IMG/VR virus record: IMGVR_UViG_2687453683_000002 | Location: 56,235-120,234 of that record | Origin: a virus | Taxonomy: Duplodnaviria; Caudoviricetes | Direction: 5' to 3' (one strand) | Length of the DNA stretch: 64,000 nt | Shown: in pieces, positions 41,501 to 50,282 of the stretch | How positions within the stretch are numbered: the first letter of the stretch is position 1 | How the letters are laid out: every line of letters starts with the position of its first letter | The notes under the pieces: model-generated | Seen by the model: the letters and a program-made list of their open reading frames with translations, nothing else | Databases searched by the model: none | What the model was told of the DNA's origin: nothing | Program-made: the position numbers and the translations under genes

Positions 41501-41756
41501 TATATAAAGAACTAATGACTTCATTCAAGGTATAGCCCTGATCCAGGTAACCATGGATAAAACCTTCTGTCCTGTCAAACTGCTCTGCAATCAGAGAAAG
41601 AGACTCCAATGGAGAAGGATTTTGGCCACTAGAAACATCTGATTCGTTTTGCTCTTCTGCATATGTAATCGCCGGTATCCAGTTTCCGAAAAGTCCTGAA
41701 AATACGGACACGATGAGCAGGATGGATATATATTTTTTTGTAATAGATTGCTTCAA
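35526..41756 (-). CDS. Sec-exported Rhs/YD-repeat polymorphic toxin (WapA-like) with a C-terminal PD-(D/E)XK-like nuclease
   Basis: Signal peptide ending TYA; many YD repeats; core YLRARWYDP...NPLIYVDPSG; C-terminal RRPDI...YEVPS. Confidence 0.9.
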   Translation of the reverse strand: MKQSITKKYISILLIVSVFSGLFGNWIPAITYAEEQNESDVSSGQNPSPLESLSLIAEQFDRTEGFIHGYLDQGYTLNEVISSLYKARDEQIGFDEALQSVRPQEVNESATVTSDVYTDSAVAEETPITGVEADQSSIMQQYETFAVEEELKAPPSTDLEKENESKEEEDKEVEGEEKEQIDAEEQLEGETESEGKAPPTETTTDDENAPQTNQDVGQGPTAPSSDNNSNLEGKPAAESKETPSSQGSAESISPTSMESKSEPKNISEKLSKPVPEKGQVKENNDASITNKKQSESSSTLKQKSKSEVKPLAGQTSIPDPGKHIAEKAPVYSKKSFNEAPYTVGENGETISTMSGGLMLEHVDASLPGRAGMSFSLERQYNSNSAQFYDPAVGTNTYEYPVYNYFLTYQAVKKKIITKYHVKYKLNKWVQEDYNGDGIKDNDTIVVETPTVLQGTYATEAEARKAASTQIAFWNPSESRTEQQTRSGSLSSLPSSISYNQGGFSGTLNKSGSAQVISGQYQPARTITAPTQTCTNSIPGKYDSKGVWTQTGSGSPCPDTKTATVEGKTITLTRSSVTATKACPSPDKSVANYVCTKSWEARYNGSVSIPESDTRIYSQSYVGSVVKPGQYSQQRYDSWIAGKAPYQYRYAYAVREQPWVEQEVTEGPAETITLYTDGTPDWSAVNDLKNIVNSNAGKGISTSMDSSYNYYLASSPSAEIRAYQVGSNFDVTYYNKTVPAASDKRAPLGKGWSWKLPYIETENGKSYMVMADGGRYEIASNTLKGYDWEGITVNPNTSVTVNGETSSLVMTSSDGLTKQYFSVDGHLLQISDGQKNDVQFFYENNSVYNSKLLTQVKDAIGNTIRISYSSSTVTIVQGNRTVTYNKQTKNGIELLDSVIDPLGRKTTYSYKLADAKFNLPGFSPERAALNPYALLTSVQHNTGAKTFYEYENGTVKRYIGEDSFNDAYRVLSRKDQITYENGTTEDFNRQTYSYTSDLGATFSQDTTFAVSVSNGLTNTQYNYRKDFINNDTPAQFYLDGTIVNAEGKTQTTTNTYGKTVKGRGYAAPTPTVTTVTDNQAKDVLTTTVQLDDYGNITSVTDATGRTTTSTYDDTRHWLMSVTDMVDATNKKYTALTRDNLGKIKQIVNRKDSTSGELLTQADYTYDAYGNLLTQRISDGKQERNATLEYDGRYQNAFPTRLSTMVTDVDGQTTQINSLSEYDLSTGALIASTDAEQRTTKYRLDAVGRTTEVTQPDGTMLRADYDDINNTIKVTDELGQQRLIKWNSLGQAIENGYFSGNSYVVSQRTGYDPYGRATWTDDALGNRIRNTYDNWSRVVMTTGADGTSISMKYDDVARTATSTDAEGYIQISTYDKWGKDIKTEEKTQIDQVSRILEQNKYDNISGQTLEQTDGNGNITAFSYDVMGQLRQVTSANGEQTQYSYDLAGNLLKTIDPAGNIKENRYDQLNRRIQTKDKSGNATKSYYTPGGNLTKYVDRNGNTFTYEYDLRGNLLRKVSSDETISYAVDAVGKRTSMTDRTGTTGYQYDSATEQLTRLSYPDGLTIEFIYDLSGNRTEMKGPFGNTVYYTYDTMNRMTSVGTEKDAPDAQYSYYLNGLFKSSQFQNGVKDRKTYNGLDLVGLEQVRDEAILGVYSYSYDNNKNITKRVQQGVQDDFTYDQLDRIVTASGNNEQYTYDKQGNRLTMQSDKEVNTVKTEYQYDTRDRLTQVTTDTAKVGYQYNGDNLLVERAENGVTTRYYYDDVAQIIAEAEVRNGTPELKANYIRGAKLEAIVYATGSKAYVQTNGHGDVTELRDANGALLNKYEFDAWGNVESKEEKVHNPFLYSGELWDDTAQLQYLRARWYDPNTGRFINEDTFEGELNDPLSLNLYAYVKNNPLIYVDPSGHREEMSPGGGGGGISPVSRITFRTPNSSRSSSSLKFVKPPSVDSLKSEVRSIQASRVSQTVKSTTTNSKIVYPSKPHTNKTPGHWEAMTEKATKLAQSKDIVKVYLNKGMGNEIKGISPNRRPDIMSVRRDGKIDQYEVPSKTDRVSDLIKRMQDNQRLMGNRAGDIYILPPKK

Positions 41757-41821
41757 ATTGTTCTCCCCGTTCAGATAGTGTGTGTTTAACCTGCAATTTT
41801 ATATATTTGCGATAGGTGCTT

Positions 41822-42532
41822 TTAAGGAGTTATAATTGTAGTTCTTATCAAATTCCCGTTGGCATCATACGTGTATTCAATCTTCTTGCCGGAGATAAAT
41901 ACAATTTTCATCAGCCGACCAGCAGAATTATAGATATAACTTTTATAGTTCTTAATCGCTGTTTTCTTTACAGAGTTGCTTGGCAAAGACTCATTTCCAG
42001 CCCTATCCATTGAACGTATTGTAAACGTATATTCCTTTTTGGGATCATTCGGTAAGACAAGGCTGGTTGTACTCGTCGATCCAATTAAAACGTCGTCTTG
42101 ATATATGTTAAACATCGTTTCATATTCTTTTGATTCTTGTAGAGCGTCCCAGGATAATTCAATAAAAAAAAGATTGTCTACTTTGACTTTTAAACCTTTT
42201 GGGACTTCCAGAGGTTTACTTACAGGTGTAACCCCCAAAAAAATCCCCATAATACTAGAAACATCCTCTTCATCAATGACTCCATCGTTGTTCATGTCAG
42301 CAATATTGATTTGCTCAGGTGTAAGAGCTATTTTTCCTTTTATATATTTATTAACTACTACGGCATCCCCGGGAGTAATCACACCATCACCATTGACATC
42401 ACCTTTAAGAACAGTTAACTCTGCTGCATGAACTTCATATGAGAGCAAAGTAAAAGAAAAAGAAAATAATAAAATCCATATTAAGAAAAGCCTACTGCTA
42501 ATTTTTAATGAACATTGTTTTTCCCCACACAT
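41822..42532 (-). CDS. Secreted dockerin-Fn3-YD-repeat protein
   Basis: Signal peptide ending VHA; GDVNGDGVITPGD...ADMNNDGVIDEED dockerin duplication; Fn3 (LSW...YTFTIRSMDRAGNES); terminal YIYNSAGRL...YTYDANGNL. Confidence 0.8.
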   Translation of the reverse strand: MCGEKQCSLKISSRLFLIWILLFSFSFTLLSYEVHAAELTVLKGDVNGDGVITPGDAVVVNKYIKGKIALTPEQINIADMNNDGVIDEEDVSSIMGIFLGVTPVSKPLEVPKGLKVKVDNLFFIELSWDALQESKEYETMFNIYQDDVLIGSTSTTSLVLPNDPKKEYTFTIRSMDRAGNESLPSNSVKKTAIKNYKSYIYNSAGRLMKIVFISGKKIEYTYDANGNLIRTTIITP

Positions 42533-43165
42533 ATCAAGTTGTTCTCCTCTGTAATGATAAATTAATATAAAACTAATTCTGACAAATGAATTGAATCTTA
42601 GCTTTCTCTTTCCAATTAAATAAATTCAAATCACAAGCCAATTTCATCTGATACCAAGAATTTTTCCAACTCCTTTCTGTTTTTTTATTGATTAATATAA
42701 ATAGCTATCTCATTATCAGCGATTCTATACAAATTAGAAATAGGCTTTTTTTGTTTCATCTTGTCTTTTTATGTCGAATAATTTCCAGTTCACTTATATA
42801 AAAATAGAAATATTATGAGTTATACTTTTATTTGTAATATGTAAATCATTTAATGTAAATACACATATTAAATGAATCTATACTATTTTTTTATGAGAAC
42901 TGGTGATTTTCAGTTTGTTCTCATAAATAATCATTGGGTACCGCAGACAAGCCCCTCCTATCTTCATATGCATTTTCGGTTATTTGAAAAAAATATAAAT
43001 CCCCTTGTTTAATGCACAATAAACCTCGCTAGCTTAAGCCAGTGGGGTCACCTCTATCCATCTTAAAACCACTGAAATACTTGCTAAAAGTAGCAACATA
43101 TATATACACGAATACACAGTATTCAAATTATGTTTCAGACAATTCAATCTGCAATGGAAACTGCT

Positions 43166-44096
43166 TCATACCTCCCTCATTAAACCAAGTCTTTTTTCGA
43201 TAAACGCCCTACTAGTCGCACCTTTCTGGCAAAGCTGTCCATACGCTGTATCCACAGAATATCGATCAATCAAAAACGATTCTGTCCATGCTCCAAAATG
43301 ATCCTCAGACCAGTCATGCTGAATTGCATAGTCGGCTACTTGAAATAGACTTCCTACGTGAACCTTTTTCAAAACCTTGCGTTTGGCTTGATCCCAATTA
43401 CGAAAAGCAGCATCCGATCAACTCCGTCACTGGGGCTGGAACCTCTTCCAAGTTTGAAATGAACTTGTTTAAACTTGACCCACTAAAATCTATGTCCTGG
43501 TTAGAGGCCCAAGCAATGAACTTCCAGATCAGTTGCTCATCTACATACCGATTTCGATCTGCTTTGGTAAAAGCGATCTTCTCGAAGAACATGTGCTGCG
43601 CAAGCTCCTGTACCGTTTCTTTAACAGCAGGACTTACCTTGACCCTTGTTTTCTCTGTAGATGTTAAAGGCACAGACTGATTCACACGATAGAACATCTC
43701 CTCCACTTCTTCGAAAGTGCATTCACTAAACTCAGTCACCGTGAAGTTGTACGTAAGGAATTCGAATTGTGCATCAGAAGATAATTCATTGTATCGCTTA
43801 CCAGCAATCGACTCACCATTAAAATCCGCTGTTCCATTACTCAACTTATACTCACCATCCGCAAAGAAGAAAACAGACTCCCAACGTTGTCTGCCATCAA
43901 TAACCCAAATATACCCGTCTCCGTTATTCCAAACGAGAATATTAGGAATGTAGTGATCTCTAATGACAGAATCTACCAGGTACGAACGTCGATCATTCTT
44001 CCACACGCTGTTGCGTTGGAATGGCAGATCGAATCGAATACGGTCACGCATATTTAAAAGGCTTTTTGTAGTACGCTGAATGCTTGCTCTTTTCAT
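43166..44096 (-). pseudogene. DUF262 (ParB-like, GmrSD N-terminal) protein, probably split by a frameshift
   Basis: FQRNSVW, VIDGRQR, FYRVN motifs in 43398-44096; a short ORF continues at 43166-43372. Confidence 0.65.
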
Positions 44097-44154
44097 ACTT
44101 GTATCCTCCTTGAATTAAGAAAACAGGACGCACTGTGCACGTCCTGTTCTTTGG

Positions 44155-45522
44155 TCATATATCAAAAGCCTGCTGTATAGCTTGATCCTCAAATGACGAA
44201 GCTCGAACAATTCGATCAGAAAATCCATCTACTCCACGAATGGATTCTTTCCCTAATAACAAGGACAAGACAGAAAATCCTTTTTGTTCTTTCAAGCTAG
44301 TCCACGCTTTTAAAAAATCATGATTTACATGTGCTTCCCCATCAGTAACAAAAATAATATCCGCTTGATTAAATCGACTTTGTTTAATGATTTCGCTTGC
44401 TTTGTTTAAGGGCTGTACAAAATTCGTACCTCCGTCAAGAAAAACGGTAACAAGCTGGATCATATCTTGTACTTCAATTTTTCCTTGCTCATAGATGATC
44501 GCATCAGAAGCATGTGAGGAAAACGGAATCCACGCAAAATCCCTTCTCTGTTTCCGGGCGATACTCATGAGAGCTAAAGCAAATCCCTTAGAAATCGTAT
44601 CCTGACCCTTCATACTCCCGGATTGATCGAGACACAGGATAATGGGCCCTTTGCCGAGATGTTCTTTTCCCTTGGTATCATACTGAAGAGTTTGGCCTTC
44701 CGCATATCGGCGTAAGAAATCCAATTTGCTAATAGGGCTGGCGTAACTGCCTAGCTCCATCGGCAGCAGTTGCTCAATGTCACAGCCTTGCCGAATTCCA
44801 TTCCGATCAATCGCATCCTTGTGTTTAGAACGCTGTTTGCGATTGGCAATGACCTTCATTCTCCCTGCCCATTTTGCAATTTCTTTCAACTTCTTATTAT
44901 GACTCAACTTTTCAGCTAGAAATAATTGCTCTTTTAATGGAACCTTCTTCAGCTCACTATCACCACTTCCGGCCTGTATTCCACCTAAAATGGATTTCAC
45001 ATTTTCTTTAGTCTCTATCGCTTCATCCGCAGCCTCAGCGAGCAATTGAGATAATTGAGAACCGTTCTGATTAAGCGCTGCAGACAAAGCATCTGTAGCT
45101 TGCTGGGAAGCTTCCTGATCCCCTTGAATGAGGTGCTGCAAAGCTTCTGCTAAGTCTTGATCTTGCTTGGCTTGTTCTTTCAACCATCTAAGAACCGTCT
45201 CACTGTATTTCGTTGTTCCAATGGCTGCCGCCAGATCATCCAGGCGAGTAAATTCACGAAAATCCAGATATCCTTGATCAGTCATGATTCTTTCCATGAG
45301 CTGACGGTTCATTCCAAGTTCTTCAGGAACCTCATCAAGCAGCTCTGGCTTCATTTTGAACAATCCGGCCCATAGATCACTCATCAAAGGCTGGATCAAA
45401 GGAAAAATGTTCTTCCCCTCTTTTCCAATCTTCTTCAGCTTGCCTGACATTTCCATTAACTGTCCAAATCGTCTTCGATCATATGCATCTGTGTTTAAAA
45501 CAGATTTCATAGGTTCCTTCAT
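44155..45522 (-). CDS. vWA-domain protein (ViaA-like)
   Basis: MIDAS DQSGSM, GGTNF, FVTDG. Confidence 0.9.
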   Translation of the reverse strand: MKEPMKSVLNTDAYDRRRFGQLMEMSGKLKKIGKEGKNIFPLIQPLMSDLWAGLFKMKPELLDEVPEELGMNRQLMERIMTDQGYLDFREFTRLDDLAAAIGTTKYSETVLRWLKEQAKQDQDLAEALQHLIQGDQEASQQATDALSAALNQNGSQLSQLLAEAADEAIETKENVKSILGGIQAGSGDSELKKVPLKEQLFLAEKLSHNKKLKEIAKWAGRMKVIANRKQRSKHKDAIDRNGIRQGCDIEQLLPMELGSYASPISKLDFLRRYAEGQTLQYDTKGKEHLGKGPIILCLDQSGSMKGQDTISKGFALALMSIARKQRRDFAWIPFSSHASDAIIYEQGKIEVQDMIQLVTVFLDGGTNFVQPLNKASEIIKQSRFNQADIIFVTDGEAHVNHDFLKAWTSLKEQKGFSVLSLLLGKESIRGVDGFSDRIVRASSFEDQAIQQAFDI

Positions 45523-45525
45523 CTG

Positions 45526-46635
45526 CTACACTCCTAACACTTGTGACGCAATACCACTCAGAGTACTTTGAACAGTTGCAATGGTACTCTCAATTTCAAG
45601 TCTGTTTGGATTGTCTTTTTGAAGTTTTTTCATCTCATTGACCAACGATTTCAGTTTCTTCGTACTTTCAACAGCAACGTCTGTAGAATTACTGGACTGA
45701 TTCAAATTTTTCATAATATCTGCTGTTTCAGCTTCAATTTCTTGAATACGTGTCTTCACCGCATCCTGAGCATAATTCCGTACGATTTTCATGACCTTTT
45801 CGCGTTGTTCCGGTTTTTCCCACAAACTATTTTTGAGAATCATGAGGTCTTCCAAGTTCGCCTTATCTCTGCCACCAAGTACGGCCTTCGCACGGATTAC
45901 AGAGAGAGTCTGCTTAAAACGTCGATCTGAAGGATGAATCCCTTCATCCATCAGTTCTCTCCTAATTTTGCTCAAGGCATCAAAAACCTCATCAGGAATC
46001 ACTACGGTGTCACTAAAAAATTGAAGTTGAAACAGTTCTTCAATATTCATATCTGCAGGAGCTGGTGAAGATCCTTTCAACATGGATACAAAAGACTGAT
46101 CCTCTCCGATATAGTTAACCTCAAATCTCAGTAGAAATCGGTCAAACAATGCCTCCAATCCTTCCCCCTCCTCAGGATACTCATTCGAGCTGCCTATGAG
46201 TGACATGAGCGGAACTTGTGCTGGCGCACCATCATTGTAAAATATCCGTTCATTAATGAGTGTCAAAAGCGCATTCAGAATGGCACTATTCGCCTTAAAA
46301 ATCTCATCTAGAAAGGATGTATGTGCCGTTGGTAATTTGCCAGCCGTATTCCGCTTGTACACACCATGTTCCAGTTCCTTTAAGGATACAGGACCAAATA
46401 GCTCCTCTGGTGTACTGAAGCGTGTCAGCAGCCACTGAAAATAATTCGCTCCTGTAATCCGTTTGGTCAGATCACTCACCAATGCGCTCTTTCCCGTTCC
46501 GGGCGGTCCGATCAGCAACGCATGTTGACGAGCAATCATGGCTACCATTAGCCCCTCAATGACTTCTTCACGTTCTGCATATTGTTGTGACAACGCATGT
46601 TGAATGTTTTTAATTTTCATATTTAATTCCTCCAT
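45526..46635 (-). CDS. MoxR/RavA-like AAA+ ATPase
   Basis: GPPGTGKS, FLDEIFKA, ALFDRF, SDRR. Confidence 0.9.
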   Translation of the reverse strand: MEELNMKIKNIQHALSQQYAEREEVIEGLMVAMIARQHALLIGPPGTGKSALVSDLTKRITGANYFQWLLTRFSTPEELFGPVSLKELEHGVYKRNTAGKLPTAHTSFLDEIFKANSAILNALLTLINERIFYNDGAPAQVPLMSLIGSSNEYPEEGEGLEALFDRFLLRFEVNYIGEDQSFVSMLKGSSPAPADMNIEELFQLQFFSDTVVIPDEVFDALSKIRRELMDEGIHPSDRRFKQTLSVIRAKAVLGGRDKANLEDLMILKNSLWEKPEQREKVMKIVRNYAQDAVKTRIQEIEAETADIMKNLNQSSNSTDVAVESTKKLKSLVNEMKKLQKDNPNRLEIESTIATVQSTLSGIASQVLGV

Positions 46636-46714
46636 ATCTTAGTTTTAGAAATCAAAAAGAGCTGAACCTAAAGAGAAATAGGGTCAGCTCCGTTTCAACA
46701 AGAATATGTGAAAA

Positions 46715-47611
46715 TCAATCGGCCATATTTGCCAAAGCATCCGCGACTCTCTTACGAATGAGCGAAACATAAGCCTCCATTTCTTGCAAATTTCCTGTAA
46801 CAATACTTTCGTAGTCTTTAAAGTTGCTCACCACATTTTTCGCATCTTCAAGAATAGCTTTTAGATCATTCTTCTTGAGCTGATTCTCAACCCCGTTCTC
46901 ACAAGCAGCCAGCGTTGAACGCAGATGATCCATCAATTTCCGAGTCACCATGTTTTTCATATCCAACGTGTTCATGACAGGAACCTTCTCTGCTTCCCCT
47001 TTTTCAAGAGAAACAATAAATCGGATCAGTGCATCCAAGTTCCCATCAAATTGTGCCGGAACAAAGTAGACACCTCCAGTTGGCCTTACTGGGGTTGGTG
47101 ACATACTCTTTAAAGCATTCGTAATCACGGTTCGCAATGTCGTAGAACCATAGTTGTTTCGGAAGATATCAAATTGCAGGGCAGCATTACTAACGAGTTG
47201 TTGCGCCATGGAAGAGACGTAACTGGCATCTACCTTCTCCGTTTTCCGATCCAATACTAGCGATCCTACATCCGGGATGTAGTTTAATCTTCTCCCTTTG
47301 GTATCCACCGTTTCGCAAACCAAATTACGTTGCACGAAAGAACTTGTCGATGCCACCTCTCTAAACATGTAGTTCTCATATACACCTGGCGACATCTCCC
47401 GTTTAAACTTTTCACTGGTCGCTCTTCTAAAAGCATCTGGTAGACGGATTGCATTCGGCATCCACCCTTCTCCCAGCCCTGAATCAATGAGTTTCTGTTT
47501 CAAGTCGTCAGGCGTGATTAGCATATTAGATAACGAGTTCCAGGTTAAGAATCCAATTGCATCTCCTTGACCAGCCGGAACCACAACAGCATCTTTTAAG
47601 ATTGAGTTCAT
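46715..47611 (-). CDS. DUF6744-like protein co-encoded with AAA+/vWA
   Basis: DAFRRAT and VRPTGGVYFVP motifs. Confidence 0.6.
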   Translation of the reverse strand: MNSILKDAVVVPAGQGDAIGFLTWNSLSNMLITPDDLKQKLIDSGLGEGWMPNAIRLPDAFRRATSEKFKREMSPGVYENYMFREVASTSSFVQRNLVCETVDTKGRRLNYIPDVGSLVLDRKTEKVDASYVSSMAQQLVSNAALQFDIFRNNYGSTTLRTVITNALKSMSPTPVRPTGGVYFVPAQFDGNLDALIRFIVSLEKGEAEKVPVMNTLDMKNMVTRKLMDHLRSTLAACENGVENQLKKNDLKAILEDAKNVVSNFKDYESIVTGNLQEMEAYVSLIRKRVADALANMAD

Positions 47612-47690
47612 AGTAAAGGCCTCCTCGTTTTTGGAATAAAGAAAAACACTTGAAAGTTGCTCAAGTGTTCAGATCAGATTTTATACTTGC

Positions 47691-48242
47691 TTAGAGATAG
47701 TCTTTGGCTGGCTTACTGCCACCATAAAGTTCAAAGTTGCTTGTGATAAAGTGCTCCAACTCCTCACGGGTGACCCCATCAAACTCTTCAAGTCTTTCAT
47801 AAATGTACATTTTCTCCAATGCCTTTACGTATCGTGGGTAAGACTTTTCCACGATATGTTGAATCGTACTCCAGTGCTGAACAAACTCACAATCGTAGAA
47901 AACGTTATTCCCGACATCGAGTACACCAAGACCGGTAGCCCCAAATCCTCTTTTCTTGAAGTCAATTTCCAACTGCCTATAAACCTCTTGTTCAAAAATA
48001 ATTTCGAAGATGAGTTCACCATCTTGCTTCCAATTTGCCAATGTAATGCACTCAAGATTGAGTCGTTTCGTGTACTCCCTGAGCAAGTTTTCCAAAGATT
48101 CATCCGACAGTTTAGACAAGTATTCATAACAAGCAAATTGCTTTGCTTTATAAAACTTTCCTTGAATATTCTCTTCAACATGCCGCTGGAGGACAATACG
48201 TACATGCGCCAGCGGATCATATGTAAATTTCACTGTTTTCAT
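47691..48242 (-). CDS. Hypothetical protein
   Basis: 183-aa ORF with GGAGG RBS within the operon. Confidence 0.65.
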   Translation of the reverse strand: MKTVKFTYDPLAHVRIVLQRHVEENIQGKFYKAKQFACYEYLSKLSDESLENLLREYTKRLNLECITLANWKQDGELIFEIIFEQEVYRQLEIDFKKRGFGATGLGVLDVGNNVFYDCEFVQHWSTIQHIVEKSYPRYVKALEKMYIYERLEEFDGVTREELEHFITSNFELYGGSKPAKDYL

Positions 48243-48473
48243 CCTACCTTACCTCCTTTATCTGCAAAAGATATCCTACACGCTGGCAGTATTCCAAACG
48301 ACTCATCCTGCCTAACATGTAGTTATGAAAAACACGTTCAATTGAATGAGATACCGGCTCTGGACAAACTCTCCAATTATTTCTCACTTCATATCACTCT
48401 CCTTATTAAATTGAAAAGCCGATTTCTTCGCATGAGTGTACATGCATGAAATCGGCTTTCTGTATTGTTCAAG

Positions 48474-48914
48474 CTATACACGAAACATTTTCACTCTCGG
48501 TATAACGATTGAACTCTCATTCATTTGTTGTGTCAGGTCAGCAATATTGGATACCAACTGCTTTCGACCTTCTTCTCGTTCTTTAATGTCATCCAGCAAG
48601 TCTTGTCCAAAGACCATTACTTGCTGCACGCTTTGCCAAAAAGGTTGTCCTTTAAGGGCCTGCACATTCATTTCATTTCCGTCCGTTTTGTAGAAGAAAC
48701 TTTGAGTTGCCATATCGAAACGGACGGTATCACTGATTTTCACTTCTAGTTCAACGGTTCCCCATACTTCTCCAGCGACATAAACGGTTACTGCGGCCAT
48801 CATCTGAAGAAAGTCCACAGCATTTTTATGGCGTTTTTTCTCTTCATGAAGGAACCCACCTACTGCTGTATGAATCGCACTTTTCGCATTTTTACCTCTG
48901 AACAGATTAAACAT
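48474..48914 (-). CDS. Hypothetical protein, first gene behind leader copy A
   Basis: Start MFNLF at 48914 behind GAGAGGA, the same RBS context as the gene behind copy B. Confidence 0.65.
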   Translation of the reverse strand: MFNLFRGKNAKSAIHTAVGGFLHEEKKRHKNAVDFLQMMAAVTVYVAGEVWGTVELEVKISDTVRFDMATQSFFYKTDGNEMNVQALKGQPFWQSVQQVMVFGQDLLDDIKEREEGRKQLVSNIADLTQQMNESSIVIPRVKMFRV

Positions 48915-48918
48915 TTTA

Positions 48919-49268
48919 ACCATCCTCTCCATTTTTAATGAAACGCAAAAAAGCCGATCTCCGCACGGACGAATCCATGCAAAAATCGGCTTTTAGAACT
49001 CAAGTAACATTGCTTTTCCAAGAGCCTTTCGGTACTCTTCATTCCTTGTCTCCAGCAAACGGGAGTTGCGGAACTTCATTGGCCTTTGCCTTTTGTCCTA
49101 CATTTTTCCTCTCTTCATCAGAACGAAGCTGTAGGTTGAGGTAGTACTAAACTTGTTCTTTCGATACAAGTTACCCTGCTGTTATAAACCCTGTGAAGCG
49201 CAAAGTCAAAGCGTAGGGTATTCCCCTTGTCTCCAGCGAATGGGAGTTTAGGATTGAAGAATAATTAC
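48919..49268 (-). ncRNA. Structured 5' leader RNA with terminal attenuator hairpin, copy A
   Basis: Closely similar to 62889-63247; multiple stems, GAAA tetraloops, terminator before the RBS. Confidence 0.7.
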
Positions 49269-49274
49269 AATTTT

Positions 49275-49304
49275 ACTATACCATTGGAACACATGTTAGT
49301 TCAA
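49275..49304 (-). promoter_or_regulatory. Sigma-A promoter for leader copy A
   Basis: TTGAAC-18 bp-TATAGT with extended TG; the spacer contains GAACACATGTTA (one mismatch to a LexA box). Confidence 0.6.
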
Positions 49305-49401
49305 TAGTAAATCGAAATCATGCACATTCAGGATTTTTTTACCTGAACTCAAATGTTACGTCCGAGTTTCACATATTCTGGATCGCTAGACTGAAAGTCA
49401 A

Positions 49402-50058
49402 TTAGTAGTCATATGCTACTATAGTTAATCTGACCGATTGACACGACTCTGATTTCATTTCGATCACCTCAATTAGTTTATAGGTACAAAAAAAACGACC
49501 ACTAAAGGTCGTCTCTATCACAATTAATTCAATTTCTATTTGCTTATCCAAACTTTCCTTAACTTCGAGAGCAAATAAAGTCGCTTTCATTATCAAACTT
49601 TCTATATGCTTATATTCTAATAGATCTGGGTGATAATTTCTTGAGCTAGGGCTATCGGGATAAATATACGCATCATATATTAAGTCATGAAAGTGATGAG
49701 TTTGGTTTAGGAGTTCCTCAATCAAATTCATTGAAGGTTTAATAAAAAACTCGTTCACCCTAATATTTCGAATTACTGAACCACACTCATCTTGGACTTG
49801 ATCAGATATCTTTTGGAACTCTTCATGACTGATTTTTTTATTCTGAAACTCTTTTAAAGCTAAGCTTAGTTGCTCTAATTGTCTAGCTATAACATAAAGA
49901 CCGCGTTGTGTTTCCTGAATCTTATCAATTATGATCTTCTTCTTTATTAAGATCATCTCTGATCGATGACTCAGTTTATAGGTCAAGATACCACCAATTA
50001 ATACACCTACCACCCCTACTACTCCTGAGACCAATGCCCCTAATAACGTTATGTCCAA
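49402..50058 (-). CDS. Membrane-anchored helical hypothetical protein; native stop probably lost near 49510
   Basis: N-terminal TM; the frame runs through a terminator-like hairpin at ~49490-49515. Confidence 0.5.
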   Translation of the reverse strand: MDITLLGALVSGVVGVVGVLIGGILTYKLSHRSEMILIKKKIIIDKIQETQRGLYVIARQLEQLSLALKEFQNKKISHEEFQKISDQVQDECGSVIRNIRVNEFFIKPSMNLIEELLNQTHHFHDLIYDAYIYPDSPSSRNYHPDLLEYKHIESLIMKATLFALEVKESLDKQIEIELIVIETTFSGRFFCTYKLIEVIEMKSESCQSVRLTIVAYDY

Positions 50059-50282
50059 AAAATATCCCTCCCCCTTCTAATTCGACTTAAAATTTTTATT
50101 ATCCTTCTTTGAGTTAGTTTCAGTGTTTGGATGACCACTGTATTCGCGTGTACGCTCAATCAGTGCCTGTTCTACGCTCTCCAAATGACTGATCCCTGAA
50201 TCCGGACGTTCTCCATGACAAGAAGCTTAAAACGGCTGATAATCCATCATATGAGAGCAAAATAAGCACCACGATGGGTGCT

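Noticed and set aside
43020-43052. Hairpin CCTCGCTAGCTTAAGCCAGTGGGG resembling an IS200/IS605 end
   Set aside because: Isolated, with no tnpA/tnpB remnant recognised; too weak to call.
47751-48449. 232-aa + strand ORF
   Set aside because: Antisense to 47691-48242 and runs through a terminator; no RBS.
48938-49144. 68-aa + ORF in leader copy A and 74-aa - ORF (62904-63128) in copy B as leader peptides
   Set aside because: Frames are not conserved between the two copies (indels, different strands), so the conservation is non-coding.
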